Shown here: positions 17,041 to 25,632 of the stretch, in pieces
Position numbering within the stretch: the first letter of the stretch is position 1
How the letters are laid out: each line of letters opens with the position of its first letter
Source: Candidatus Harpocratesius repetitus
Lineage (GTDB): Archaea > Asgardarchaeota > Lokiarchaeia > Sigyniarchaeales > Promethearchaeaceae
Length of the DNA: 32,000 nucleotides
Direction: 5' to 3'
Assembly (NCBI GenBank): GCA_021498095.1
Contig: JAIZWK010000001.1
Location: forward strand, 2,880,001 to 2,912,000
The notes under the pieces: generated by a model
Seen by the model: the letters and a program-made list of their open reading frames with translations, nothing else
What the model was told of the DNA's origin: nothing
Database searches by the model: none
Program-made: the position numbers and the translations under genes

Positions 17041-17082
17041 AAAATAATGAAGTAAAAATAATGAAGTAAAAATAATGATGCA
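17041..17082 (+). repeat. Three tandem 14-bp direct repeats AAAATAATGA(A/T)G(T/C)A
   Basis: aaaataatgaagta aaaataatgaagta aaaataatgatgca, ending 6 nt before the HEAT gene ATG, inside the dsdA/HEAT divergent intergenic region. Confidence 0.85.
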
Positions 17083-17088
17083 AAAAAA

Positions 17089-17847
17089 ATGTCTCCTACA
17101 GTTAAGAAAATAGTTCAAAGACTTAAAGAAGCTAATCCCAACGAGCAAATTAAGCTTATAAAATCAATTGCAGATATGCGATTGCAGGAAGCTGTACCCG
17201 AGCTACTTCAATTACTTCAAAATAAAGTGGATTATGACGTTCAAATTGAAACCATTAAAGCTCTGGGAATTATCCAAGATGTCCAAGCTGGAGACACTCT
17301 ATTGAGATACTTATCACAAGAAGACATCCCAATTTTGATGGAAACTGTTCTAGCTTTAGGAAAACTCTGCGAAATTGGCTTTTCAAAATCTTTACAACCA
17401 TTAGAAGATATGTTAGATCATCCAAATTATCGTGTTCGAAAATTCACTATCGAAGCTTTAGCCAGTTGTGGAAGGGAAAGTACATTAGAACGATTATTTC
17501 TCATATTACAACAAGAAAATCTTTCTGAAGAAATGCGAGAACAAATTACCTTAGCCATTGGTCGTATAGGAGGATCTCGTGCTATTGAAATTCTTCAACA
17601 ACTTTTAATTCCTTCTGATCTTTTTCCAAAATTGAGTATGGAAGTGCGAAGAGCAGCAATTCTTGCATTAGGAGAAAATAAAACTCCGGTTGCTTTAGAA
17701 CTTCTAGGAAAAATTTATCAAGATAAATCTGAACCGAAAATTATTCGTAAGTATTCAGAAGATGCGATAAAAAAAACAATTTTAGGCGCTAAAGAATATT
17801 TTTTAAGAATTAAAGAACAAGCAGAAAGAATTTTAAAAAGAAAATAG
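17089..17847 (+). CDS. HEAT-repeat (PBS lyase HEAT-like) protein
   Basis: Repeated A..ALG.I/L units (IKALGII, VLALGKL, IEALASC, TLAIGRIG, VRRAAILALGE) with P.L..LL spacers. Confidence 0.85.
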   Translation: MSPTVKKIVQRLKEANPNEQIKLIKSIADMRLQEAVPELLQLLQNKVDYDVQIETIKALGIIQDVQAGDTLLRYLSQEDIPILMETVLALGKLCEIGFSKSLQPLEDMLDHPNYRVRKFTIEALASCGRESTLERLFLILQQENLSEEMREQITLAIGRIGGSRAIEILQQLLIPSDLFPKLSMEVRRAAILALGENKTPVALELLGKIYQDKSEPKIIRKYSEDAIKKTILGAKEYFLRIKEQAERILKRK

Positions 17848-17862
17848 AGGAGATTATTATAA

Positions 17863-18498
17863 ATGGATGATACTCAATTGAAACAATCAGAACAAGAAAA
17901 AATTCGTAGTTTCATTGCCATAGAAATTCCCAATCAAGAAACAATCCAAAAAATATTAAAATATCAAGCACATCTTCAAGCTTCTATTGGTCCTTTGAAA
18001 TTAGTTGCTCCAGAATTGATGCATATCACTTTAAAATTCCTTGGTAATATCAGAATTAGTGAAGCTCATCGAATTTATCAAATTATTCAAGAGAAAATCA
18101 ATCAATCTTTTTTTGAGTCAAACCAACAATATCAAAGTCAATTTAAAGGTGTAGGAGATTTCCGCAAACAGGTCTTTTTTGTAAAAATTCAAGGACAAGA
18201 AGAACTTTTACAAATGTTACATGAAATTATTGATGAAGAATTATTTCAGAATCTAAATATCATGAAAGAAACCAGACCATTCAACCCTCATTTAACAATT
18301 GCCCGTTCTAAACGCCGTCATCAGCATTCTAATTCTAAATTCAAAACTAATTCTAAACCAGGACAGATTTCTTATACATCTTTAAAACGTAAATACATTA
18401 ATTATGACTTTGGGGAATGGACCATATCAAAAGTCGTATTAAAAAAGTCAGTTTTGACTCCTAAAGGGCCCATTTATTCCAATCTAATATTTAAATAA
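17863..18498 (+). CDS. thpR: RNA 2',3'-cyclic phosphodiesterase (2H family, 2'-5' RNA ligase-like)
   Basis: RSFIAIE, two HxT motifs (HITLKFLG and PHLTIAR), and C-terminal LKKSVLTPKGPIY. SD-like GGAGA upstream; 15 nt after the HEAT gene. Confidence 0.9.
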   Translation: MDDTQLKQSEQEKIRSFIAIEIPNQETIQKILKYQAHLQASIGPLKLVAPELMHITLKFLGNIRISEAHRIYQIIQEKINQSFFESNQQYQSQFKGVGDFRKQVFFVKIQGQEELLQMLHEIIDEELFQNLNIMKETRPFNPHLTIARSKRRHQHSNSKFKTNSKPGQISYTSLKRKYINYDFGEWTISKVVLKKSVLTPKGPIYSNLIFK

Positions 18499-18539
18499 TT
18501 TTCTGAAAAATTTACTTAAAAATCTTTAATTTTATTTTT

Positions 18540-19514
18540 TTAATCATTAGGATTAAGTAATTCATCTTCAAATTCATCCAATAATATTGCACGAAGAATT
18601 GTTTGGATTTCATCATGGGCATTTTCAAAGTAATTAAATTGATTGACTACTATTTCTTCATCATGTTCTTCTAAAATCAACAAAATATAAAATTTAACAC
18701 CTTCAATATTAAAACTTTGAATAGTTCCTGAAATTTTTGTAAAAGGATCTAATCGATCACTAAATTCATAAGTGTTTATATTTTCTTCAAGGATTCTTCG
18801 TTGGGAAATTTCATAAAGTGTTAAAATTTTTTTTTTCATGGATAAAGTAATATGATCTAGAAAATATGAGCCCAGTTCTATTCCATTCTGTTCAAATATT
18901 AACAAAGCCATCACATTATCCATTTTCTCAACATATTCATCAATCAATTTTTGTAATGCAGTATTTTGATCATAAAGATAAAAAATACCTTTAGAAAAAG
19001 CATGAACAATGGTGTTAATTTGATAAATTGTAGTGTTGTAGAAATGAATTGAACGTTTTTCCAACCAAGGTCGAACTAAACTTTCATATTCTTTTTGATT
19101 ACTGAGAATTGAAGGATCATTTTTTAATTTTGGATCACTTTTATGAAAAAGTATAATTACCGGCGCATTGCATTGAATTTCTTGAAAATAATCTAAAATC
19201 TCATTAAGAAATTCATAAGATTCTTTAAATCTAAGCTTATCTTGAATATCAACCACAAAAAAGAGGAGATCAATTGAACTAAGATAACGTGTTTTATGTG
19301 ATAAATACTCATTAACATATCGTTTTTGGCCACCAAAATCATTTAAATAAATAATATGATTAAGAAATTGGAAGTTAGATCGCTCAACTTTTAATGTAGG
19401 TTTAATACCTTTGACTTCTTTGGGAATATCGAATTTTTTCTTCATTGCTGTCAAAATACTTGTTTTACCTGCGTTGTCCAGCCCTAATAATGCGATCTTC
19501 TTATCTGATACCAT
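18540..19514 (-). CDS. Rag/Gtr1-like small GTPase with C-terminal roadblock/longin-like domain
   Basis: G1 GLDNAGKT, switch I PTLKVERS, G3 DFGGQ, G4 HKSD (His-type as in Rags), G5 TTIY. A ~140-aa C-terminal domain begins MALLIFEQNGIELG. SD AGAGGAG upstream. Confidence 0.8.
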   Translation of the reverse strand: MVSDKKIALLGLDNAGKTSILTAMKKKFDIPKEVKGIKPTLKVERSNFQFLNHIIYLNDFGGQKRYVNEYLSHKTRYLSSIDLLFFVVDIQDKLRFKESYEFLNEILDYFQEIQCNAPVIILFHKSDPKLKNDPSILSNQKEYESLVRPWLEKRSIHFYNTTIYQINTIVHAFSKGIFYLYDQNTALQKLIDEYVEKMDNVMALLIFEQNGIELGSYFLDHITLSMKKKILTLYEISQRRILEENINTYEFSDRLDPFTKISGTIQSFNIEGVKFYILLILEEHDEEIVVNQFNYFENAHDEIQTILRAILLDEFEDELLNPND

Positions 19515-19551
19515 ATCTGTCAGCTCCTCTTTTTATTAAACAATTTTATTT

Positions 19552-21036
19552 ACTTGAGTTTGTCATTAATACTTAAATTTGTTTCTTTTCTTCTTTATGC
19601 GGTATTTTGTCCTCAACTTCCTACAAATACATGCTGATATAACCAATTTGCCATTTTGCAGTCTTGACACTGAAGATGGATCTTCTCCAGCCATTCCGCA
19701 AATTCTCTTTGTAAATAATGACGAAAAGCCATTCGTAGTTGCCCTATCGTTCGTAAATCTAAACCATAATGAGAAAACGCACCGCGATGCCGAGCCCACA
19801 TCAAAAAGATATAGCACAGAAATGACAGACCAATAAAGCAGTATTGTCCGCTCAGATTTTGCCATATGCATCCATGAAGGCCTAAATTTTGGCTCATATC
19901 TCGGTAACCGGTCTCAATTGTCCACCGAAGGCTGTATAAAGAGAGTGCTCGTTCTACGGACATCTCTAGATTATTGGTAATAAACACCCGAAAAGCGTAA
20001 CCACGAGAATCTACAGTTTCTTCGACATTTTGAAAGAGATCAGGCGATCGTACTGTATCTGACAAGATTTTAACGAAAATTACTTGATGGTTTCCGATTT
20101 TGGGAAAAAAGATGTTCCGACTCGCTGTTAAATAATATTTCTTCGACCCTATTTTTGAATTTCGAATGCATGTTTGTTGAAATTCTCTGTCAGGAATCCC
20201 TTCAAATATTTCAGTCAAGCTTTGGCGTTTGTGGCCCAATGTCCCTTTCCAATTGCGTTTTGGGCGAGAAATATATGTTTTTTTATAATTTTGGAGCAAT
20301 CGACAATTTTCTTTTGTCATAAAATAGGAATCCATAAGGACATATTTGGGCGAATTGGCCATTTTACAAATTTTTTCAAGTTCCTCTTGGGCAATGTCAT
20401 TTTTTTTGTGATAACTTTCTATTTCACCCCATTTTTCTAGCTCGCGCTCACGCCGATAAAACTGGAACGAGACAGGATACTCAATCCCCCGTCGAAAATA
20501 ATGAGTTGAGATGATCGAATGCGCCAAAATTTTCCCATTTGAAGAAGAAGAGTGGAAATAATCCACCCCTTCCATCTTTGGGCTCGTGTGGGGAATTAAG
20601 TGTTCATCGATGCTCAACACTCCATCCACTTTCATTGGAATATCAGACCCATTTTAGAGTGATTTGATTATATTGGAGAAAAGAAAGGGCATTTGAGCAG
20701 CTAAGTGATGAATCTGGCGATAAAACGTTTTCAAACTTTCGCCAACCACAAGTTCCTGATGGATCTTGCGAGCTGAAGGCTTTTCTTGACCCAAAATACC
20801 TGTAATTAGACGTTCTATCAAGTAATTCATATTAGGACTTTGATGGACGGTATTTTGGAGTATATTCTTTAGAAATTGGTGTGGTAAGTCGTAGAAGCCC
20901 AAGGTTTTCATGCTTATTTAAACAAAGAGTTCCTTAGATTTAAAGGTTACTTTTTTAAGCAAGCAATTTTTGTCGTGATAAAACGATGCAAAAAATCAAA
21001 TATGAAGAAATTTATTTTATTTTGACAAACTCAAGT
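19552..21036 (-). mobile_element. Insertion sequence, IS701/ISH3-like (IS4 superfamily), 1485 bp
   Basis: Perfect 14-bp TIRs ACTTGAGTTTGTCA (19552-19565) and TGACAAACTCAAGT (21023-21036), flanked by the 5-bp direct repeat TATTT (19547-19551 and 21037-21041). Spot-counted lines are 35-45% GC inside versus ~23% in the flank. Encodes a DDE transposase. Confidence 0.92.
19613..20911 (-). pseudogene. IS701-like DDE transposase interrupted by an in-frame TAA
   Basis: ORFs 20654..20911 and 19613..20635 are in the same frame and read IIKSL*NGSDIPMKVDG, which would give a 432-aa product without the stop at 20654-20656. DDE motifs: SIDEHLIPH, LMDSYF, RWTIETGYRDMSQNLGL. Confidence 0.85.
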
Positions 21037-21151
21037 TATTTAATTCAATTAGTGATAAATAGATCTCACATAGAAGTGTTAAATAAATTTTCTATGTATT
21101 CCCTACCTAAATGAATTTTTAAATACGGAGATATTTTGTATTTTGATCGGA

Positions 21152-22177
21152 ATGAATATTGAAAAATCTAATTATTTCAGCCAAAAATTAAATACACAAA
21201 TAAAAAATAAAAAATCGATTGTATGTGTTGGATTGGATCCGCGAATTGGAGAAAAATTCTGCATTCCTTCATTTTTACTCGAAGAAATGGGAAATGATTA
21301 TAATGCGGCAATTTGGGAATTTAATCGACGTATCATTGATGCAACTTTTGAATATGCAGCAATTTTTAAACCACAAATTGCTTTTTATGAACAATATCAA
21401 GCATTAGATGCACTTCAAAAAACGATTTCTTATATCCATAAAAAAGGGGGATTAGTTTTACTTGATGCGAAACGAAATGATATTGGATCAACTGCAGCTG
21501 CTTATGCGAAGACTGTATTTGAAATATTCAATGCTGATGCTGTGACTATAAACGGTTATTTAGGTATCGATGGTGTCAAACCTTTTCTTAAATATATTCC
21601 ACAAGGTAAAGGAGTAATATTGTTGCTTAAAACATCTAATCCATCTAGCGGCGAATTTCAAGATTTATTTTCTTTTTCTTTACAAGATATTGCCCCTGAT
21701 ATTAGTGAAATCGAAATTGAAAAGATATCAAATAAAGATTTTAATAAACTAAAAATAGTTAGAAACTACATTCAAATGACCAGATTGATGAAAAAGTGGA
21801 GTGAAGATCCAAAACTAGTTCAATTACAGACACCTATTGATTCAGATGGATTCACAAATATAGGTGGTGTGGTTGGAGCGACTTATCCGACTCAATTACA
21901 GGCAATTCGTAAGGAAGCACCTCACAATATTCTTCTTATTCCAGGATATGGTGCTCAAGGTGGTAAAGCTGAAGATATAGTGCATGGAGTAAATGAATTT
22001 GGACTAGGTGCCATCGTTAATGCATCTCGATCAATTAATTTTGCCTATCAAATGGAGCCCTATAAAAATCAATATTCTGCTAAGGAATTTGATAAAGCTG
22101 CGGGCCATGCTGCGAAAAATATGCAAGAAGAAATAAACAAAGCATTAAAAGAAGCGAATAAATGGAATTTTGATTAA
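21152..22177 (+). CDS. pyrF: Orotidine-5'-phosphate decarboxylase (subfamily 2 type)
   Basis: CVGLDP, FKPQIAFYE, LDAKRNDIGST, KTSNP, VVGAT, LIPGYGAQGG and NASRSI. ATG at 21152 is preferred over the TTG at 21143. Confidence 0.95.
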   Translation: MNIEKSNYFSQKLNTQIKNKKSIVCVGLDPRIGEKFCIPSFLLEEMGNDYNAAIWEFNRRIIDATFEYAAIFKPQIAFYEQYQALDALQKTISYIHKKGGLVLLDAKRNDIGSTAAAYAKTVFEIFNADAVTINGYLGIDGVKPFLKYIPQGKGVILLLKTSNPSSGEFQDLFSFSLQDIAPDISEIEIEKISNKDFNKLKIVRNYIQMTRLMKKWSEDPKLVQLQTPIDSDGFTNIGGVVGATYPTQLQAIRKEAPHNILLIPGYGAQGGKAEDIVHGVNEFGLGAIVNASRSINFAYQMEPYKNQYSAKEFDKAAGHAAKNMQEEINKALKEANKWNFD

Positions 22178-22211
22178 GGTATGTTTTATAAATAGAAAAG
22201 AATTAAAGTAT

Positions 22212-23219
22212 ATGGAAAGTGGAAAAAAAAATATGAATACAAAAAAAACAAATCAAAATAGCCAATCTATAAAATTTGAAGAACAAGCAAGAATGAATTA
22301 CATGCTGGGTTGTTCATATTTAGAAGAAGGTGATTTTCATAAAGCAGAACATTATTTTGAATTAGCAATAAAACAGCAACCCCTTTATTTAGATGCTTGG
22401 AATAATTTAGGGGTATCATATTTCAATTCACAAGATTATGTTTCTGCAGAATACTGCTTTCAAAAATCTCTCTCAATAAATCCAAATCATGAGCATGCAT
22501 TGATTAATATATGCAAGGTTTTTTTGCAGACAGAAAGATATGAGAATTTTGATAGATATTTTCGACAAATTCAGAAACCTCTTGATGAAAATCTTGAATT
22601 GATCAGATTAAAGATCACTTATTTGAAATTTATTAACGAATTCTCAGAAGCAATAAAAATTATTGAAGATTATTTCAAGAATAATTCATTGGATAAAGAT
22701 TTAGTTTTTCAATTGGCAGAATTATATGAATATAATGGAAAAATCAATAAAAGTATAGAAGTGTTAGAAAAATATCAATTAATTCGACCAAATGATGTAG
22801 AACTTCTAAATAACTTAGGTTATTATTGTGAACTTGAAGGAAAATTCCATAAGGCTGTTGAATATTATCAAGATGCACTTAAACTCGAAGAAATGGATCC
22901 TTATCTTTGGAATAATTTGGGGAATGTATATAGGGAAATCGGTGAAAACAAAAAAGCACTAAAAATCTATAGAAAATCTTTACAGATTTCGCCTAATGAA
23001 TTAGAAATTGTTAATAATTACTGTGATTTGGCATTAGATATGAATTTGGAAGAAAATTGGAGCAAATACATCCCTATATTAGAAAATAAAGGAAATCAAA
23101 AAAATAAAGAAATTCGAGAAGTTTTAGACACTTTAATGAAAATTTATCAGAAATTAAAAGAGAAGGAGAATATAGAAAAAATCAGGAAAAAAATATTAAA
23201 TTTCGAGCAAATCACATAA
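22212..23219 (+). CDS. TPR-repeat protein
   Basis: Several TPR consensus units (AWNNLGVSY...AEYCFQKSLSINP; LLNNLGYY...AVEYYQDALKLE; LWNNLGNVY...YRKSLQISP). The start is uncertain (22170 TTG, 22212 or 22233). Confidence 0.85.
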   Translation: MESGKKNMNTKKTNQNSQSIKFEEQARMNYMLGCSYLEEGDFHKAEHYFELAIKQQPLYLDAWNNLGVSYFNSQDYVSAEYCFQKSLSINPNHEHALINICKVFLQTERYENFDRYFRQIQKPLDENLELIRLKITYLKFINEFSEAIKIIEDYFKNNSLDKDLVFQLAELYEYNGKINKSIEVLEKYQLIRPNDVELLNNLGYYCELEGKFHKAVEYYQDALKLEEMDPYLWNNLGNVYREIGENKKALKIYRKSLQISPNELEIVNNYCDLALDMNLEENWSKYIPILENKGNQKNKEIREVLDTLMKIYQKLKEKENIEKIRKKILNFEQIT

Positions 23220-23242
23220 TAATATTAAAAGATAAAAATTTT

Positions 23243-23809
23243 TTATAAAGCGGTCCAAAATTGTGTTCGACCGCGTTTTTGGGTGCGTGTAACAGCATTT
23301 GCTTCTTCTAATTGACTCATAACCCGCCAAATTTCAGAATTGGTCATTTTAAAATATCTTCGTAACTCAGGTGTGCTAATTTCTTGATCATGAAGTAAAT
23401 TTACCACAATTCTTTTAATTTCCTCATAGTCCATCTCAGATTGAAGATCAGAATATGATTCCTCTGTCAAAGATTCTTCTTCAATTCCTTCCATTTGAAC
23501 AATTAATTCGGTCGCTATTTGATTAAGTCTCCATAATTTATTTGATAAATCTCCAGGATGTAAGAATAAGCAACAAAGTTCTAATCCATGAGGAAATGCA
23601 ACAATATAGAAATCGGGATATAAAATCGCAAGTGGTTGAAGATTTTCATCCCCACCCCGAAAACTTAAATAGAAATTCATAAGAAAACTTTCCATATCGA
23701 TCTTCAAAGCATTTTCATGAAATTCTCGATACCATTTTATATGAGGTCCTTCAATCATATCAAAACCTATTAATGCAGCGCCCATTAGTTCATTCTCTGT
23801 AAAATTCAT
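23243..23809 (-). CDS. Longin/uDENN-like N-terminal domain fused to a C-terminal winged-helix HTH
   Basis: N-terminal LIGFDMIEGPHI resembles the F[DH]xxxGPx[IV] longin/uDENN start motif. An acidic linker follows, then IVVNLLHDQEISTPELRRYFKMTNSEIWRVMSQLEEANAVTRTQKRGR, an ArsR/MarR-like wHTH. Confidence 0.65.
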   Translation of the reverse strand: MNFTENELMGAALIGFDMIEGPHIKWYREFHENALKIDMESFLMNFYLSFRGGDENLQPLAILYPDFYIVAFPHGLELCCLFLHPGDLSNKLWRLNQIATELIVQMEGIEEESLTEESYSDLQSEMDYEEIKRIVVNLLHDQEISTPELRRYFKMTNSEIWRVMSQLEEANAVTRTQKRGRTQFWTAL

Positions 23810-23813
23810 AATA

Positions 23814-24380
23814 TTATTCTCCTTTTTTTATTGCTTGAATGTGGTTCATCAATGTTCTGATAAGCGCCAAAATATGTTCTCTATTGGCAGCATCAATTGC
23901 TACCATTGGAAATGTAGGAATTTGTAATACGTCTTCGACCCGTTTTGGAGACATATGTCCAGGTAAGTCTTGTTTGTTTGCAATTGCAACAATTTCACAG
24001 CTATCTTCCACCAAATTTCGAGAATGTTCCAATAATTCTCTTGTTGTTAATACGTTTTTTGGAGTAGAATCAGTAACAATGAAAATAATATCACTTCCGT
24101 GAACATACTTCGACAAATGTTGTTTAAGATATGCTTTTTGACCTCCAAAATCCCATATACGAATATTTTTTCCATCAAATTGAGTTTGTCCTAAATTGAA
24201 TCCCATTGTCGGAGAATAACGGTTTGATATCTGCTGCCCCCTCATTAATTTGGTCAACGTTGTTTTTCCTACAGCAGGTGTTCCAATAATGGATATTTTT
24301 GCGGGTGCGATTTGATGAATACTCTTTAGATGCTGAGTACTTCTAATTTGTTCACTCTTTAAAGGTGTTTTCCACATCAT
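23814..24380 (-). CDS. Small Ras-superfamily GTPase (Arf-like)
   Basis: G1 GTPAVGKT, PTMGFN, G3 WDFGGQ and G4 ANKQD. Its 3' end carries the GGAG SD for the gene 4 nt downstream. Confidence 0.9.
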   Translation of the reverse strand: MMWKTPLKSEQIRSTQHLKSIHQIAPAKISIIGTPAVGKTTLTKLMRGQQISNRYSPTMGFNLGQTQFDGKNIRIWDFGGQKAYLKQHLSKYVHGSDIIFIVTDSTPKNVLTTRELLEHSRNLVEDSCEIVAIANKQDLPGHMSPKRVEDVLQIPTFPMVAIDAANREHILALIRTLMNHIQAIKKGE

Positions 24381-24575
24381 TATAATTCATCTCGTAATAA
24401 TAAAATATCTAAGAAGGTCTTATACTCAGAGATGATGAATATAAGATGAAGATCTTTTCTACATAATATATCTTAATCATAGTTGCTTTTTTCTCTTTTT
24501 CTCTAATTCTATTATTCTCTCATTTTCTGAAATGATTAAATTTTAATATTTGTTAAAATTTGGTAAATTAACTTC

Positions 24576-25358
24576 ATGGAACCAGATATCTCCTCTCAAA
24601 TTATCGAGTTGCTACAGAAATTTAATAATAAAATTCAAGGAGTGATAGAAGGTCCAAACTGTATTGATCCAACTATCTGCCATGGTGATTGCTGTTTTGT
24701 TCATCTTGATGTTCCAAAAGCTTTAGTAGATTTCTATATATCTCATGGTTTAGCTAAAAAATCCGATTTTAAAAGAGGAAACATGTTTGCATTTGAAGTT
24801 AACATGGATTTAAATACGTTGAAGTGCCCTTTTTTTAGTAAAAAGATAAATGGTTGTAAGGTTCACTTTTCTGGAGTAAAAATACCTCAATGTTGGGTTT
24901 ATCCAACAGGCTTAGATCCTAATAATGTAGAATATTCATGTAAACGCGTAAGTGGATGGAAAATTACAAAACCTGTTGATGCATTAGAAGGAAATAGAAT
25001 TTTAGAATCATATATTCTCAAATGCAAGCAAGAAGCTGAAAAAGAACACTCAGTAAATGAAGTTTTAAAACGATTAAAAAATCTTCACTTTGATGAACTT
25101 TTGTCTTTCGCACCTGCACATTTATCCGGAATCAAAGATGATTGGGATAATTTTAAGTGGAATATTTCTGAATCATGGAATTTAGCATTAAAACCATATT
25201 GTGAATCTATTCCATGCGAATATGAATATTTTGAATGCATTCACATTTGTGAAACGCTTAGACAGAAAATTCAAGATAGATTAACAGATCAAGTAAAAAT
25301 TTACATTAAGCAGAACGGTTATAAGCCAAATTTACTTTTTTCTGAATTTCTCAAATAA
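24576..25358 (+). CDS. YkgJ-like cysteine cluster (Zn/Fe-chelating) protein
   Basis: CIDPTICHGDCC...CPFF...CKVH...PQCWVYP...C pattern, plus additional C-terminal cysteines. Confidence 0.7.
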   Translation: MEPDISSQIIELLQKFNNKIQGVIEGPNCIDPTICHGDCCFVHLDVPKALVDFYISHGLAKKSDFKRGNMFAFEVNMDLNTLKCPFFSKKINGCKVHFSGVKIPQCWVYPTGLDPNNVEYSCKRVSGWKITKPVDALEGNRILESYILKCKQEAEKEHSVNEVLKRLKNLHFDELLSFAPAHLSGIKDDWDNFKWNISESWNLALKPYCESIPCEYEYFECIHICETLRQKIQDRLTDQVKIYIKQNGYKPNLLFSEFLK

Positions 25359-25632
25359 ATCATTTTAATTTTAGGAAATTTTTGTTCAATCCTTTATAAT
25401 TTCTGATTATATTATTCTAATTATTCCGAATTTTGTCGGAAGTTTTAGATCTTTTAAATATTTTTGTATTCCGGTAAGATTACATAGATATTATATTGGA
25501 TTTAATAATAACAGCCATAATTTTAACATAACGCTTAAATACACAGTCGATCTTACTTTATATATTCATGGGTTAATAATTCACAAAACAGACCCAAAGC
25601 GAGATCCCTGGTAGCATAGGATGTGTGTGAAA

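Noticed and set aside
11451-17082. Tandem repeats at 11451 and 17041 as CRISPR remnants
   Set aside because: Units are 10-14 bp and directly adjacent with no spacers, and no cas genes are present.
20654-20656. Programmed readthrough (Pyl/Sec) of the transposase stop
   Set aside because: The codon is TAA, not TAG or TGA. A nonsense mutation or sequencing error is more parsimonious.
25585-25625. Locally GC-richer stretch upstream of the Mrr-like gene as a possible structured RNA or tRNA fragment
   Set aside because: Only a 4-bp stem (atcc/ggat); no cloverleaf, T-loop or riboswitch consensus.
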